A DNA stretch of 64,000 nucleotides. Source: Octopus vulgaris. Its lineage: Eukaryota. The notes beneath the pieces were generated by a model. It made no database searches. It was not told the DNA's origin and saw only the letters and a list, made by a program, of their open reading frames with translations. Made by a program: the position numbers and the translations under genes. Shown piece by piece: positions 1-12,539 of this stretch; position 1 is the stretch's first letter, and every line of letters begins with the position of its first letter. Location of the stretch: assembly GCA_951406725.2 (NCBI GenBank), contig OX597820.1:94302001-94366000 (forward strand), written 5' to 3'.

Positions 1-372
1 TCCGGGTTCAGTCCTACTGCGTGGCATCTTGGGCAAGTGTCTTCTGCTATAGCCCCGGGCCGACCAATGCCTTGTGAGTGGATTTGGTAGACGGAAACTG
101 AAAGAAGCCTGTCGTATATATGTATATGTATATATATATAAGATAAGTGTGTGTGTATATGTTTGTGTGTCTGTGTTTGTTCCCCTAGCATTGCTTGACA
201 ACTGATGCTGGTGTGTTTACGTCCCCGTCACTTAGCGGTTCGGCAAAAGTGACCTATAGAATAAGTACTGGGCTTACAAAGAATAAGTCCCGGGGTCGAT
301 TTGCTCGACTAAAGGCGGTGCTCCAGTATGGCCGCAGTCAAATGACTGAAACAAGTAAAAGAGTAAAAGAGA
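1..372 (+). mobile_element. tRNA-derived SINE family A (5' end cut off by window edge), with internal (TA)n/(TG)n microsatellite and GTAAAAGA tail
   Basis: B-box-like GGTTCAGTCC, TTGGGCAAGTGTCTTC central motif, body near-identical to many other copies in the window, tail AGTAAAAGAGTAAAAGA. Confidence 0.85.
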
Positions 373-422
373 AAGAGTATACATACATACATACATACAT
401 ACATACATACATACATACATAC

Positions 423-505
423 ATGCAAAAATTCCCTGTTGATGTTGAATTTCCAATGATGGAGCCTTGCATCTAGGTTAGAAACCGGCTCTTTCTCTAT
501 TGGCA
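423..505 (-). repeat. Short interspersed element next to a (CATA)n array (family E)
   Basis: Matches 10853-10966 and, in reverse complement, 25764-25870. Confidence 0.7.
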
Positions 506-759
506 GTTGTGTTGGTGGGGGGGGGGTATAATCCGATTAAAGTGGGTGGCGATTGTTGGTCTGGCAGAAGATATCAAAAATCCAGAGTGGATTGATGTAC
601 GTGCGCGCGAGCGTGCGTGTGTGTGCGTGTGTGTGTGTGTGAGAGCAATATAGACTTAAAGTATATGCATCGTTGACAGGGAAATTACTGCAGTATTTGT
701 CCGATGTAGGCATGAGTACGTACGAGTGGGCGGACGTGTTTGTGTGCGTGTGTATGTGT

Positions 760-826
<67 letters not shown>

Positions 827-859
827 AGTGTACGAGCACGCGCAAGTGTGTGCTTCGAA

Positions 860-2960
860 TACTGTATTTCCACTAAAATAAGACCTAACCAGAAAATAAG
901 ACACAGCATGATTCTCCAGGATGATTCTATTATAAGCCCTTCCCTTATAATAAGCCCTAGTTGAGAGCGGCAGACAGATGAAAGAAATAAGCAACCTCTT
1001 CATATTGATTCAAACCACTTTTTGGCGGATAAAAATAACGACGTCACAAAATCTATCCTGGTGTCTCTTTCGTAACTCAAATATTAGCTAGCTATACATC
1101 AATCGACAGCTCATGTTCGGAGCTTTCAAATGTGTCGTGTAACATTTTCATCAATGGTCAGTAGTGGTCAGTAGATGCAAAAAACAATAAAGTACATTTT
1201 CTTTCAAGGCAAAAATCACCCAGAAAACAACATGATGGAATTGAATGGGAAATCATTTGTCGGGCCATTTTTATTCCAAGACAAGATGAGTGTAAGAAAA
1301 AAAAGTACAAAACAAAATCGTGGAGGAATCACTGGGCAAGAATCTTACAGTTTTCTACAAAGAAAAGAATTTGGATCTCCAAACGGTTCGAAAATGGCGA
1401 GTAGACTACGATAAACTCAGTCAACAAGTGGACGAGGGAAATGCAAAGAATCGCAAGTGTGGATCAGGTCGGCAACCACTATTTTCTGATCTGGAAGACA
1501 TCATCTGTGAATGGGATGCTGACAGAAGAGTAAAGGCTTTGTTTGTTCGCAGGTCAGATATACAAGCATTTGCCCGCGCAAAAAACATGAAGAACTTCCA
1601 TGCCGAAAGAAGAATAGATCAAATCATGATTCTCACAGGAATGACTGCGTATCTCCAAACTCTTGACATTGCAATAAATTAATCATCCAAGGACCATTTA
1701 TACATGAAAATCAAGGACTACACTGGATACAGAATGGTGAGAAATCAGCGTGGAAATTTCGTGGAACCCAGCCTGCAAAGGATCGTAACTTGGTTGACGA
1801 ATTCATGGAACAAAATCACAGCCGGACAAGAACTTCTCATTCAGTGAGACCTCTATTATTCATTAGATTGGCCACACAAAGAAAGGAAGCATGGTTACGG
1901 GTTCAGACACACTGTGTGGCACTTTGGGAAAGTGTCTTCTACGATAGCGTCGGGTCGACCATAGCCTTGTAAGTGGATTTGGTAGACGGAAACTGAAAGA
2001 AGCCTTCATATATATATATATATATATATGTAGCTCTCCTGTCCAATCAGTCGCCATGGTTGTCCGCTAACTCCAAAAGTTTTATTTTTGTACGAAGACA
2101 TAATGAAATGAAATGAAATGATAAACGATATGATAATAATGAGGACAACAAGCAAAGCCCGCCGATTGCTGTTTACCCGAGCACATTGTTCTTTTTAAGT
2201 ACCATATTTGAGGCAACAAACCTCTTACATAGTTCAAAGTAAAACATCAATGAGGCAATAAACTTCTTACATTTATAACACATAAAGCAATTGTGAAGCA
2301 GTAAACCTCTTACACAAGTTAATTATACAATCAATGAAACAATACAACTGAGGCACCAAACCTCTTACTTTAATTAGTTACAAATCTTCCTGCCCGACCA
2401 GACTTCTCGCCTCAGTTAAACACCTGGACGGTGCCAAGTCGGGTCAATTTAGCATGAATCTGAAGGTATCCTCGGAGAAGGAGTCCATTATCCTGAACAA
2501 GTCGTTCTTCCTCATGAACTTCGCAGCCACCTGCGAAGGCCAGTCAGTGAGACCTCTTACTGCTCGACATGAGAGATTGGGGACGAAAGTTCTTCAGGAA
2601 ATGGTGTCACACGAAAACTCCGCAGGAAGTTTGGAATCCGGTGATTTGCAGAACAATGACATTCCAGAGGACAATGACATGTCTGTCTTTGGATAAATTG
2701 TTGTTAATGAGTTTCTGAGTTAAAAAATATGTAAATCGTCAAATAAATATAGATCGTTTCTCGTAATTTCTGTTTAATAAATGTCCTTCATAATAAATAG
2801 TCAAGTAAATGGAGATCGTTTTTCGGAATTTCTATTTAGTTAGTGATTTCGTAATTTTCTATTTCGTAATATCGTTTTTCGGTACATGAAAAAAATATGA
2901 ACTCCCCTGAAAATTAGTCTTAGTTGCGTCGATTTCGGAGTGAAAATTAATATAAGCCCT
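860..2960 (+). mobile_element. Decayed pogo/Tigger-like DNA transposon, internally deleted and interrupted by an insert at ~1855-2543
   Basis: ORF 1320-1682 has a CENP-B-like HTH segment (LEDIICEW..RR...VRRSDIQAFA) fused to a DDE_1-like motif (GMTAYLQTLDIAIN); terminal-type sequence TACTGTATTTCCACTAAAATAAGACCT at left and degenerate AAAATTAATATAAGCCCTG at right. Confidence 0.75.
2100..2543 (-). mobile_element. Possible 5'-truncated non-LTR retrotransposon 3' end with degenerate ~42-bp tandem repeats
   Basis: Minus strand reads PSQVAAKFMRKNDLFRIMDSFSEDTFRFMLN-stop, then four GAGGCAACAAACCTCTTAC-like units (2211-2370) and a (CATTT)n-like tail near 2101-2120. Confidence 0.4.
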
Positions 2961-3359
2961 GCAGAAACAAGGCATCAAGATTTTGAAATTAGTGTTGCAA
3001 GGGACACCACTCTGAAAGACATGATTTACTTTTTACTATTTGTCAATAAGTATTCAAAAGTTAATTCCCTTGGGCTGGCGAGCTAACAGAGTCAATAGCA
3101 CGTTGGGCATAATGTTAGTGGCCTGCTGCTGCTGTGGTGGTGTGGTGGTGGTGGTGGTGGTTATGGCAGTGGCGGCGTTGGGTATTATTTTTACATATTG
3201 CGCTTCACTAGTAGCATGCATCCAGTCGACCTTGCCTGTCATCCTTTTCGAGTCGATGAAATATGTTCCAGTTTAGTACTAGGGTCGTTGTAATCGATTT
3301 ACCCCCACTCCGCAACTGTTGGTCTTGTGCCAAAGTTTGAAATTAATTTTCATATACAT

Positions 3360-3525
3360 AAGTGTAGTCATGACTATCTGGTAAGAAGATTGCTTTCCAA
3401 TCACATGGTTACGGGTTCAGACACACTGTGTAGCACCTTGGGCAAGTGTCTTCTACGATAGCGTCGGGTCGACCAAAGCCTTGTAAGTGGATTTGGTAGA
3501 CGGAAACTGAAAGAAGCCTTCATAT
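3360..3525 (+). mobile_element. SINE family A, 5' half
   Basis: tRNA-like head and CCTTGGGCAAGTGTCTTC motif, ends in (TA)n. Confidence 0.75.
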
Positions 3526-3745
3526 ATATATATATATATATATATATAGCTCTCCTGTCCAATCAGTCGCCACGGTTGTCCGCTAACTCCAAAAGTTTTA
3601 TTTTATTCTCTCAGTTTATTTCCTCGTGTTCCTTTCTGTTGAAACGTAAAGGACTTTCTCGCCTTCCAAAGCGTCAAGCTAATTCACCTGCTTGTTGTAT
3701 ATACACCTGTCTTCGTCTTTTCTGTAAATTTCAACTAAATATATA

Positions 3746-4031
3746 TCTTTATATATAAAAGTGAAGTTGCGTGTCTGTCTCCTACGATTTAGATTCCTAA
3801 CTACTCCCACATTTTGCGGTGCAGCTTAACCAAAAGCGAGTATCTTATAGTCGTGATTCATATCGAGCCCTTCTGGGTATTAGCGCGCGTCTACGATTTA
3901 AAAAAAAATTTACCATCAATTTTTCCCATTTTTAATGCATTTTTTGCTATTAAATAAGGGAAGTAACTCTCTAAAAATGCTTATATAGTTATTTCCCTTA
4001 CAAACCCTAGCAACGCCGGGCGATACTGCTA
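3746..4031 (+). mobile_element. Non-autonomous Helitron
   Basis: A|TC 5' end, 3' hairpin CCCTAGCAACGCCGGG followed by CGATACTGCTA; homologous to 7970-8265 and 63645-64000. Confidence 0.8.
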
Positions 4032-4306
4032 CGAAACGTTAAACCCTCCTTCCCTTCTTTCCTGAGCGTCAATAATACTTTAATTGTCCCACGTCCTGCG
4101 TTGCAGTGTTTTTTTCTTTTTTTCTGTGTTTTCTTGTTTGGATTAACTATATATATATAGGCTGATCTCCCTTTACAGGCCAGCAAGGACACCGTGATGG
4201 TGTCGGCTCTTCTGGTGACGTCAATAGTCGCCTGGGGCTAAATGCATCAGTAACACCCCCACCACCCCTCCCTGTCCCTAGCCACATTCAGATGGCTGAT
4301 CCCGCT

Positions 4307-4409
<103 letters not shown>

Positions 4410-4579
4410 GAGCGAGAGAGAGAGAGCGATACATACACACATACATACATACGTACACACATACATATATGTATGTGTGTGCGTGTGTGTATATGCATAT
4501 ATATATATGTGTGTATATATATGTATATATATATGTATGTATATATATGAATGTTTATATGTATGTATGTATATATATA

Positions 4580-4691
4580 TCTCTCTATATATAAACGGCA
4601 GTTTGTCTGTGTGTGTTTAGCTATAACTCTCTAAAAATGCTTTATAGTTATTTCCCTTACAAACCCGAGCAACGCCGGGCGATACTGCTAG
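4580..4691 (+). mobile_element. Minimal 112-bp Helitron derivative
   Basis: A|TC start, CCCGAGCAACGCCGGG hairpin, CTAG|T end; sits in (TA)n. Confidence 0.75.
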
Positions 4692-4731
<40 letters not shown>

Positions 4732-4732
<1 letters not shown>

Positions 4733-4943
4733 TTTACTTGTTTCAGTCACTTGACTGCGGCCATGCTGGAGCACCGCCTCTAGTCGAGCAAATCGACCCC
4801 GGGACTTATTCTTTGTAAGCCCAGTACTTATTCTATCGGTCTCTTTTGCCGAACCGCTAAGTGACGGGGACATAAACACACCAGCATCGGTTGTCAAGCA
4901 ATGCTAGGGAGACAAACACAGACACACAAACACATATACATAC

Positions 4944-5024
<81 letters not shown>

Positions 5025-5178
5025 CGACAGGCTTCTTTCAGTTTACGTCTACCAAATCCACTCACAAGGTATTGGTCGGCCCGGGGCTATAGCAGAAGAC
5101 ACTTGCCCAAGATGCCACGCAGTGGGATTGAACCCGGAACCATGTGGTTGATTAGCAACCTACTTACCACACAGCCAA
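4732..5178 (-). mobile_element. SINE family A, near full length
   Basis: Reverse complement of the family A body with internal (TA)n and tRNA head. Confidence 0.88.
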
Positions 5179-5179
5179 C

Positions 5180-5243
5180 TTTGATACTTTGATAGGTTTC
5201 GGCTATTATTGGCCCAGGCCATGTCTAACTTAATAGCACCACC
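5180..5243 (-). mobile_element. Extreme 3'-end fragment of a CR1-type LINE
   Basis: CCAGGCCATGTCTAACTTAATAGCACCACC is identical to the LINE 3' UTR at 45795-45823; short tandem tail CTTTGATA x2. Confidence 0.6.
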
Positions 5244-5362
5244 TATGTATATACAGATATGTGTATACGTATGCATGTATGTATGTAAGGATATGTATAT
5301 ATATGTATATATATATATGTGTGTGTGTGCGCGCCTGCGTGTGTGTGCATGTATACATAAGC

Positions 5363-5398
<36 letters not shown>

Positions 5399-5436
5399 TT
5401 ATTTATATATGTATATATACATTTATACACACACAC

Positions 5437-5663
5437 GGCGAGCTAGCAGAAACGTTAGCATGCCGGGCGAAATGTGTTGCCGTACTTCGTTTGCCGTTAC
5501 GTTCCGAGTTCAAATTCCGCCGAGGTCGACTTTGCCTTTCATCCTTCCGGGGTCGATAAATTAAGTACCAGTTATGCACTGGGGTCGATGTAATCGACTT
5601 AATCCGTTTGTCTGTCCTTGTTTGTCTCCTCTGTGTTTAGGCCCTTGTGGGTAGTAAAGAAAC
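5437..5663 (+). mobile_element. tRNA-derived SINE family B
   Basis: GGCGAGCTAGCAGAAACGTTAGCA head, GAGTTCAAATTCC B box, GGGGTCGAT repeats; near-identical to 60725-60958 and 23708-23942. Confidence 0.85.
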
Positions 5664-5730
5664 ATATATATATATACATATGTATATATATAATGTATGC
5701 CTGTATTTGTATATATATATATATATATAT

Positions 5731-5779
<49 letters not shown>

Positions 5780-6635
5780 CGTGTGTGTGTGTGTGTGTGT
5801 GTGAGCATCGAATTTGCCTTAAAACAGAAATCCATTGTACTTTGCCAAAAAAGAATTCACCTGCTCTGGTATGCTGCAGGAAAATAATAACACAAAAAAG
5901 TATAATCAATATAAAAAAAACACACGCGCGGGCATAAAAATAATATAAAGACATGGTACATGTGTAGATAGTGCAGGACATAATGGTCGAAAATATCTTT
6001 AAAGTTTCATGACATTCAAGAGATTCGATTATTACATTTTACTGAAAGGAAATTTCTATTAATCAGAGAAATCAACTGAAATATTGGGACCTTTATAGTT
6101 TAGGCTATATTATTTACTGAGAAACATGAAGAGTTTATAATGAGTTAAATCTACGATTGCTGAATTTTACGAAGCAACATTACGAGAATGCAATTTTCCT
6201 TTCGTGTTAAATTATGAAGCTGCTATTTATATCAGCAAAGGGAAATAACCATGATATACATATAATGCTGAACTGTAGTTGTCTCCCATGAGTCATTCAA
6301 ACGAAACAACATGATATTTAATATTTCGTAAATAAAATGCTAAGTAAAATAATTTATTTAATATTTTGATAATACCTTAGATTGTTCATTACACTGAATC
6401 AATGAAGATATGTGCTATCAGCCGTGGCTGAAGTGTATTTATGTTGTTAATATTTTCAAGTTGGTTGTAAAAGCAATAGAAAAAGTAAAGAATTACATGT
6501 GAAGTTATGGAATAATGATAAAAGAATGAAGTCCTACATCACAAATACGAATAGATACGAAAATTGTGTCAACAACAGGTCTCTAGAATTGTTGGCTTCG
6601 GACGAAGAAGAATCTGATATTAAGAAACGAAGAAG

Positions 6636-6850
6636 GCAGCGAGCTGGCTGTATCGTTAGCACGCCGGGCCAAATGCTTTGCGGCATTTCGTTCGTCTTCA
6701 TGCTGTGAGTTCAAATTTCACCGAGATTGACATTGCCTTTCATCCCTTCGAGTTCGATGATGTAAGTACTAGTTGAGCATTGGGGTCGATTTAATCGAAC
6801 TTAGCACCTCCCCACAAATCTGACAGCCTTGTGCCAATATCTGAAACCGA
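6636..6850 (+). mobile_element. SINE family B, older copy
   Basis: GCGAGCTGG..CGTTAGCACGCCGGG head, GAGTTCAAAT, GGGGTCGAT. Confidence 0.75.
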
Positions 6851-6901
6851 TATTACGAACCGAAGCATCTTTGAATTTTGACATTGATGGTATTATGTAT
6901 G

Positions 6902-6944
<43 letters not shown>

Positions 6945-6946
<2 letters not shown>

Positions 6947-7276
6947 TTTCACTTATTCCAGTCATTTGACTGCAGTCATACTTTTAAGGCTTTTAGTCGA
7001 AAAAATCGACCCGGGCACTTATTGTTTGCAAGCCTAGTACTTATTCTACCGGTCTCTTTTGCCAAACCGCTAAGTTACGGAGACATAAACACATCAGCAT
7101 CGATTGTCAAGCGATGGCAGGGACACACACACACACACACACACACCCACACACATACATATGCGACAAGCTTCTTTCAGTTTCCGTCCATCAAATCCAC
7201 CGACAAGACATGTGCCAAAGGTGTCTCACAGCGGAACCATGTAGTTGGGAAGCAAGCCTCTTACCATACAGATATA

Positions 7277-7366
<90 letters not shown>

Positions 7367-7369
7367 CGC

Positions 7370-7446
<77 letters not shown>

Positions 7447-7950
7447 GCAAATTAAGCAACCATCGTCGTTGGATGATGTTACCAATAACCTTTTGCGTTC
7501 TTTTATATTTGTTTTTTATCTTTTATCTGTTACTTCTTTCGGTTACTGGACTGCAGCCATGCTGGAGCACCGATTAGAAGAGTTTAGTCGAACAAATCGG
7601 CGCCAGTACTTGTTTTCCACTAAATTACGGGGACGTAAACAAACCAACACCAGTTGTAAAGTTGTGATGGGGGACAAACACAGATACAAAGAAACACACG
7701 CGTATATCTGTGTGCGTGCGTGTGTGTGTGTGCGCGCGCGCGCGTGTCTCCACTGCCACCCACTGCTTGACAACCGCAGTCGGTGTGTTTTCATCCCCGT
7801 AACTTAGCGGTTCGCCAAGAGACACAACCAGAATAAGTACCATGCTTTAAAAATTAAGTAAATATGCAAATGCTGCGATCGATTCATTCGACTAAACTCT
7901 TGACGTCGGTGCCCCAGCATGGCCGCAGTCCAATGCGTAAAGCAAGTAAG
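6945..7950. mobile_element. Cluster of SINE family A copies (two minus, one plus) around a ~160-bp (TG)n tract
   Basis: Family A body at 6945-7270 (-), 7520-7700 (-) and 7745-7950 (+); (TG)n at 7281-7443. Confidence 0.75.
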
Positions 7951-7969
7951 GGATATATATTATATTATA

Positions 7970-8265
7970 TCTTTATATATAAAAGTAAGGTTGTGTGTCT
8001 GTCTCCTACGATTTTGATTCTTAACTACTCCCACATTTTGCGGTGCAGTTTAATCAAAACCTGGTATCTTATAGTCGTGATTCATATCGAGCCCTTCTGG
8101 GTATTAGCGCGCGTCTACGATGAGTCTACGATTTAAAAAAAAAATACCCTAATTTTTCTTCCATTTTTAATGCATTCTTTTGCTATTTTTTGGCTATAAC
8201 TCTCTAAAAGTGCTTATATAGTTATTTCCCTTACAAATCCGAGCAACGCCGGGCGATACTGCTAG
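7970..8265 (+). mobile_element. Non-autonomous Helitron (296 bp)
   Basis: A|TC 5' end, CCGAGCAACGCCGGG hairpin, CTAG|T 3' end, no TSD. Confidence 0.88.
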
Positions 8266-8989
8266 TTATATTATATTATATTATGTAATCAAAGCGCAGT
8301 TTACGTTTAAAATACTTCACTCATAGGTTATTCGCCAGCCTGCGGTTATGCGACAAACACTTACTTAAAATGCTATGATAGAAAGACGAACCACATAGCT
8401 AGCTGTTAAGCAAATAGCTTAATCACTCAGCTACGCTTGCGCCCGTTACATGTATAAACACAGCTGTCTGTCTGTATGTGTGTTCGCTTGTGTGGTTATG
8501 TTAATGTGCGTTTCTGTCTCTATGCTTGAAATTTGGGAAGTTTATCATTCATAGCATTTTATCCATTTTATTTATTATCAGTTTGTAAAAATATGAAAAA
8601 AAGTTGAAAATAAAAAAAAAATTATCCACGCAGGACATTTGAAAAATAACAAAAAGTAAAAATAGTGTAAATATAAATCAATTTCTTTCATTCAACTTAC
8701 ATTGACCTTCTCACTAAAGGTCAGTGGGTCAAATCGAAAGGTTACTAAAATCAGATAATATTAATTATTATTTCTACAAGCATATTCTGCTCTCTTGCAG
8801 AATTGCCTTAGTTTTTACCATTTGGTTTTAGTGAACCTCTTATTTCGGCCAACTATGTATCTTAGAGCGCGTTTGGGCGAATGTTGTTAAGAAATTATCC
8901 CCACAACTGCGTAGCTTCTGTTTCAATTCCACTGCAATTCAACCCCACTTTAAGCAAGTAACTTCTGTTATATCTTCAGTTGAGTATAA

Positions 8990-9960
8990 GTTTGTAGAGC
9001 CGTAGAAACACGTCGAACGGACTGTTCGTGTTTTCGGAGTGATAGACTTATAGTATGTAGATGACTACAATGTATCCTCAAATATAACGGGACTCCAACA
9101 CCTTGTTCCTAAAAATTGGTATTATAATTGTTCTTCTTCTCATATTATTTATATATTTATATTTATTTTTACACTAGAGCATCACTGTTTCGCAGTATCG
9201 GCCCTAATTCTTTCTATTAAATTTCTCGCGTAATACACGAGTGAATACGACAATCTGTCACGTTGAACACAACCTCATACGCAGTAGAACTTCCCACCAT
9301 TCTCTATATATTGCTGTGCAACGATTTAGAACACTACATCAATCTCTTAGAGACACGGCTCTGCAGTCACAAACGTAAAGTAGCGCCTACTAAGTATGTT
9401 ATCTTCCTTCTTACCAACAACAGTAGGGAACATCAAATTTTACTTTCCCACAACGCACAGAACAGATGCAGTAGAGAAAGACTAACGTTATACAAGCGTA
9501 TATTTGCTTAACAAAAATAAAAAGAATGCATAGGCTCCATCATGGGCTATGCAAATCCTACCTTGTCCCAAAATTCCTCCACAACAAAACACTGTATCCT
9601 ACCATACAGTACTCAATACATCATAATAATAGCTTAAAGCAGATCGCGTTCACAGACCACCTGTACAACGAAACAAAACTTTTACAGGTGAATCACCGCC
9701 TGGCCATACATGGGGCACAATTTATTGCTGCACCTTTCTTCTATCCACAGAATTACTTCATTACATGAAAACTAAACTACTCCTAAAAATCCAGAAACTA
9801 TTGCTTTTCTGGTCATTACTACAGCAGCATTCTAAAAATACTATTCCTCTCATTCAGTCCAGACAAACAGACAAAAAAGAAAAACACATACATACACAAA
9901 ATCATTTGTAATATAAATGACCTCATTGGCTTCAAAAACAGTGCTGGAATACACACCACC
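8990..9960 (+). mobile_element. Possible highly decayed Penelope-like element 5' region
   Basis: Degenerate hammerhead-like GAAACACGTC motif at ~9005 followed by A/C-rich broken frames including CKSYLVPKFL; no catalytic motif seen. Confidence 0.3.
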
Positions 9961-9984
9961 AACTATAAATACAGTGAAATAGCA

Positions 9985-10830
9985 ACTGTCGCTCTTTGAC
10001 AAGTCCACCTTGTTCATCTCCAGTGTGGTACAGTGGCTCAGCTAGAGTGTGTGCCTCCAGGAGCAGCCCTTATGTTTACTGTCCCGTTTGCCAGTTAATA
10101 CAGCCTATATAGGCTTATACAACAGACCTAAAAACAGACCTAAAAGTGCTGTCCTCATAAAAGCCTTGCTCGAGGACTGCCCCTCTTTAGCTACACTAGT
10201 GGTATTGTCACCACCAGAATTTGCGAGAGTACAGGACTGGATATCGGAGAGGAGGCAATATGTCGTGACTGTAAGACTGTATATCAGTGTGCACAACCAT
10301 CCTCATCAACGCAGTGCTATCTCTCTTGTCTGACACTTAACTGGATAGCTTTTTTGCACATCGGTGTTACCCAGAATTTCGGCCTCACGAATGCCGCTGC
10401 AGATCCACTATGGATACTTTCGGTCTCCATCCATTGTCATGCCATCATGGTACTGTTTGACTTCCACGCGAAGCAGACCTCAATGAGATCATAAAGTATG
10501 GCTTGAGCGCTACAGGCTTCCCTTCCCAGCTCTAATCAGTGGGGTTGGATCGAGGTGACGGTAAAAGGCCAGATGGCATGACAGTTTTCCGGTCCCGTAG
10601 TGATAGGCCTTTTATCTGGGATGCCACACGTTGCGACACCTACAGCGACAGCGAGGTATGTACGGCTACCAGTGCAGGATTCGCTGCTCGTCAGGTCGAA
10701 GAGGGAAAATTGTCAAATTATAGGCCGCTCTCTCACAGGTTTGTTGTCGAGCCTGTAGCAATGGAGACATCCAGCGCTTCTAGCTTCCCGGACTCCATCC
10801 CTGCTCATTGCTATCGAAGCAGAGATGGCT
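9985..10830 (+). mobile_element. CRE-clade-like non-LTR retrotransposon remnant (zinc knuckle plus restriction-like endonuclease)
   Basis: CRCRSTMDTFGLHPLSCH knuckle at ~10390-10445; ORF 10539-10832 GLDRGDGKRPDGMTVF...IWDAT..DT...AAR..EE.K...Y..LS.RF..EPVAMETS is the typical RLE domain; stops and frameshifts present. Confidence 0.85.
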
Positions 10831-10852
10831 AAACTGCAGATATACAAACATA

Positions 10853-10965
10853 CATGCAAAAATACCCTGTTGATGCTGAAATTCTAATGAAGGTGCCTTG
10901 GATCTAGGTTAAAAACCGGCTCTTTCTCTGTTGGCAAGAAATCTTGAAATAAAACTGTATGATGA

Positions 10966-10966
<1 letters not shown>
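10853..10966 (-). repeat. Short interspersed element embedded in (CATA)n (family E)
   Basis: Homologous to 423-505 and 25764-25870. Confidence 0.7.
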
Positions 10967-11550
<584 letters not shown>

Positions 11551-11954
11551 AGTTGGAAATACACTGAGAGGGCGGCAGATGGAAGAATCACCTTATTTTA
11601 ATAGTCTTTGACGTTGTACTGAATAACCTAACAGTTCCAAAGAGAAGAAATAAAACACACTAAGCTGTGGAAGTTTGGAGGAGTGATGGAGGGTGTTGGC
11701 TTTATTTATTACTGATATTTTATTTCTTGCTGTTTTTATTGTCAATAATAGTGTTGTTGTTATTGCTGTTTTAATAGTAGTGGTGATGGTGGTGATGGTT
11801 GTAGTGGTGGTGATGGAGATGATTTAATGAAAAACTAATTTCCTTTCATGCCGAGAACTGAACGAGGTCGTTGTTTGTGGTTGTAGTGCGTATTTGATGG
11901 GGTTAAATCGACAGATATTTCACCTTTGTGAATAAGAACTGGAAGACAGATACT

Positions 11955-12530
11955 CTCTTACTCTTTACTCTTTTACTTGTTTCAGTGATTTGACTGCGGC
12001 CATGCTGGAGCATCGCCTTTAGTCGAGGAAATCGACCCCAGGACTTATTCTTTGTAAGCCTAGTACTTATTCTATCGGTCTCTTTTGCCGAACCGCTAAG
12101 ATAAGGGGACGTAAACACACCAGCATCGGTTGTCAAGCGATGTTGGGTACATATATATACGACGAGCTTCTTTCAGTTTCCGTCTACCAAATCCACTCAC
12201 AAGGCTTTAGTCGGCCCGAGGCTATAGTAGAAGACACTTGCATATAAATGAGTGGATTTGGTAGACGGAAACTGAAAAAAGCTCGTCGTATATATGTATA
12301 TATGTATGTATGTGTGTTTGTATGTGTTTGTGTGTCTGTGTTTGTCCCCCCAACATCGCCTGACAACCGATGCTGGTGTATTTACGTCCCCGTAACTTAG
12401 CGGTTCGGCAAAAGCGGCCGATAGAATAAGTACTAGGCTTACAAAGAATAAGTCCTGGTGTCGATTTGCTTGACTAAATGCGGTGCTCCAGCATGGCCAC
12501 AGTCAAACGACTGAAACAAGTAAAAGAGTA
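11955..12530. mobile_element. Head-to-head pair of 5'-truncated SINE family A copies
   Basis: Minus copy 11955-12241 and plus copy 12249-12530. Confidence 0.85.
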
Positions 12531-12539
12531 AATTAGTTG

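Noticed and set aside
2211-2370. Regularly spaced ~20-bp repeats resembling a CRISPR array
   Set aside because: Degenerate units with related spacers in a eukaryotic context and no cas genes; this is a minisatellite
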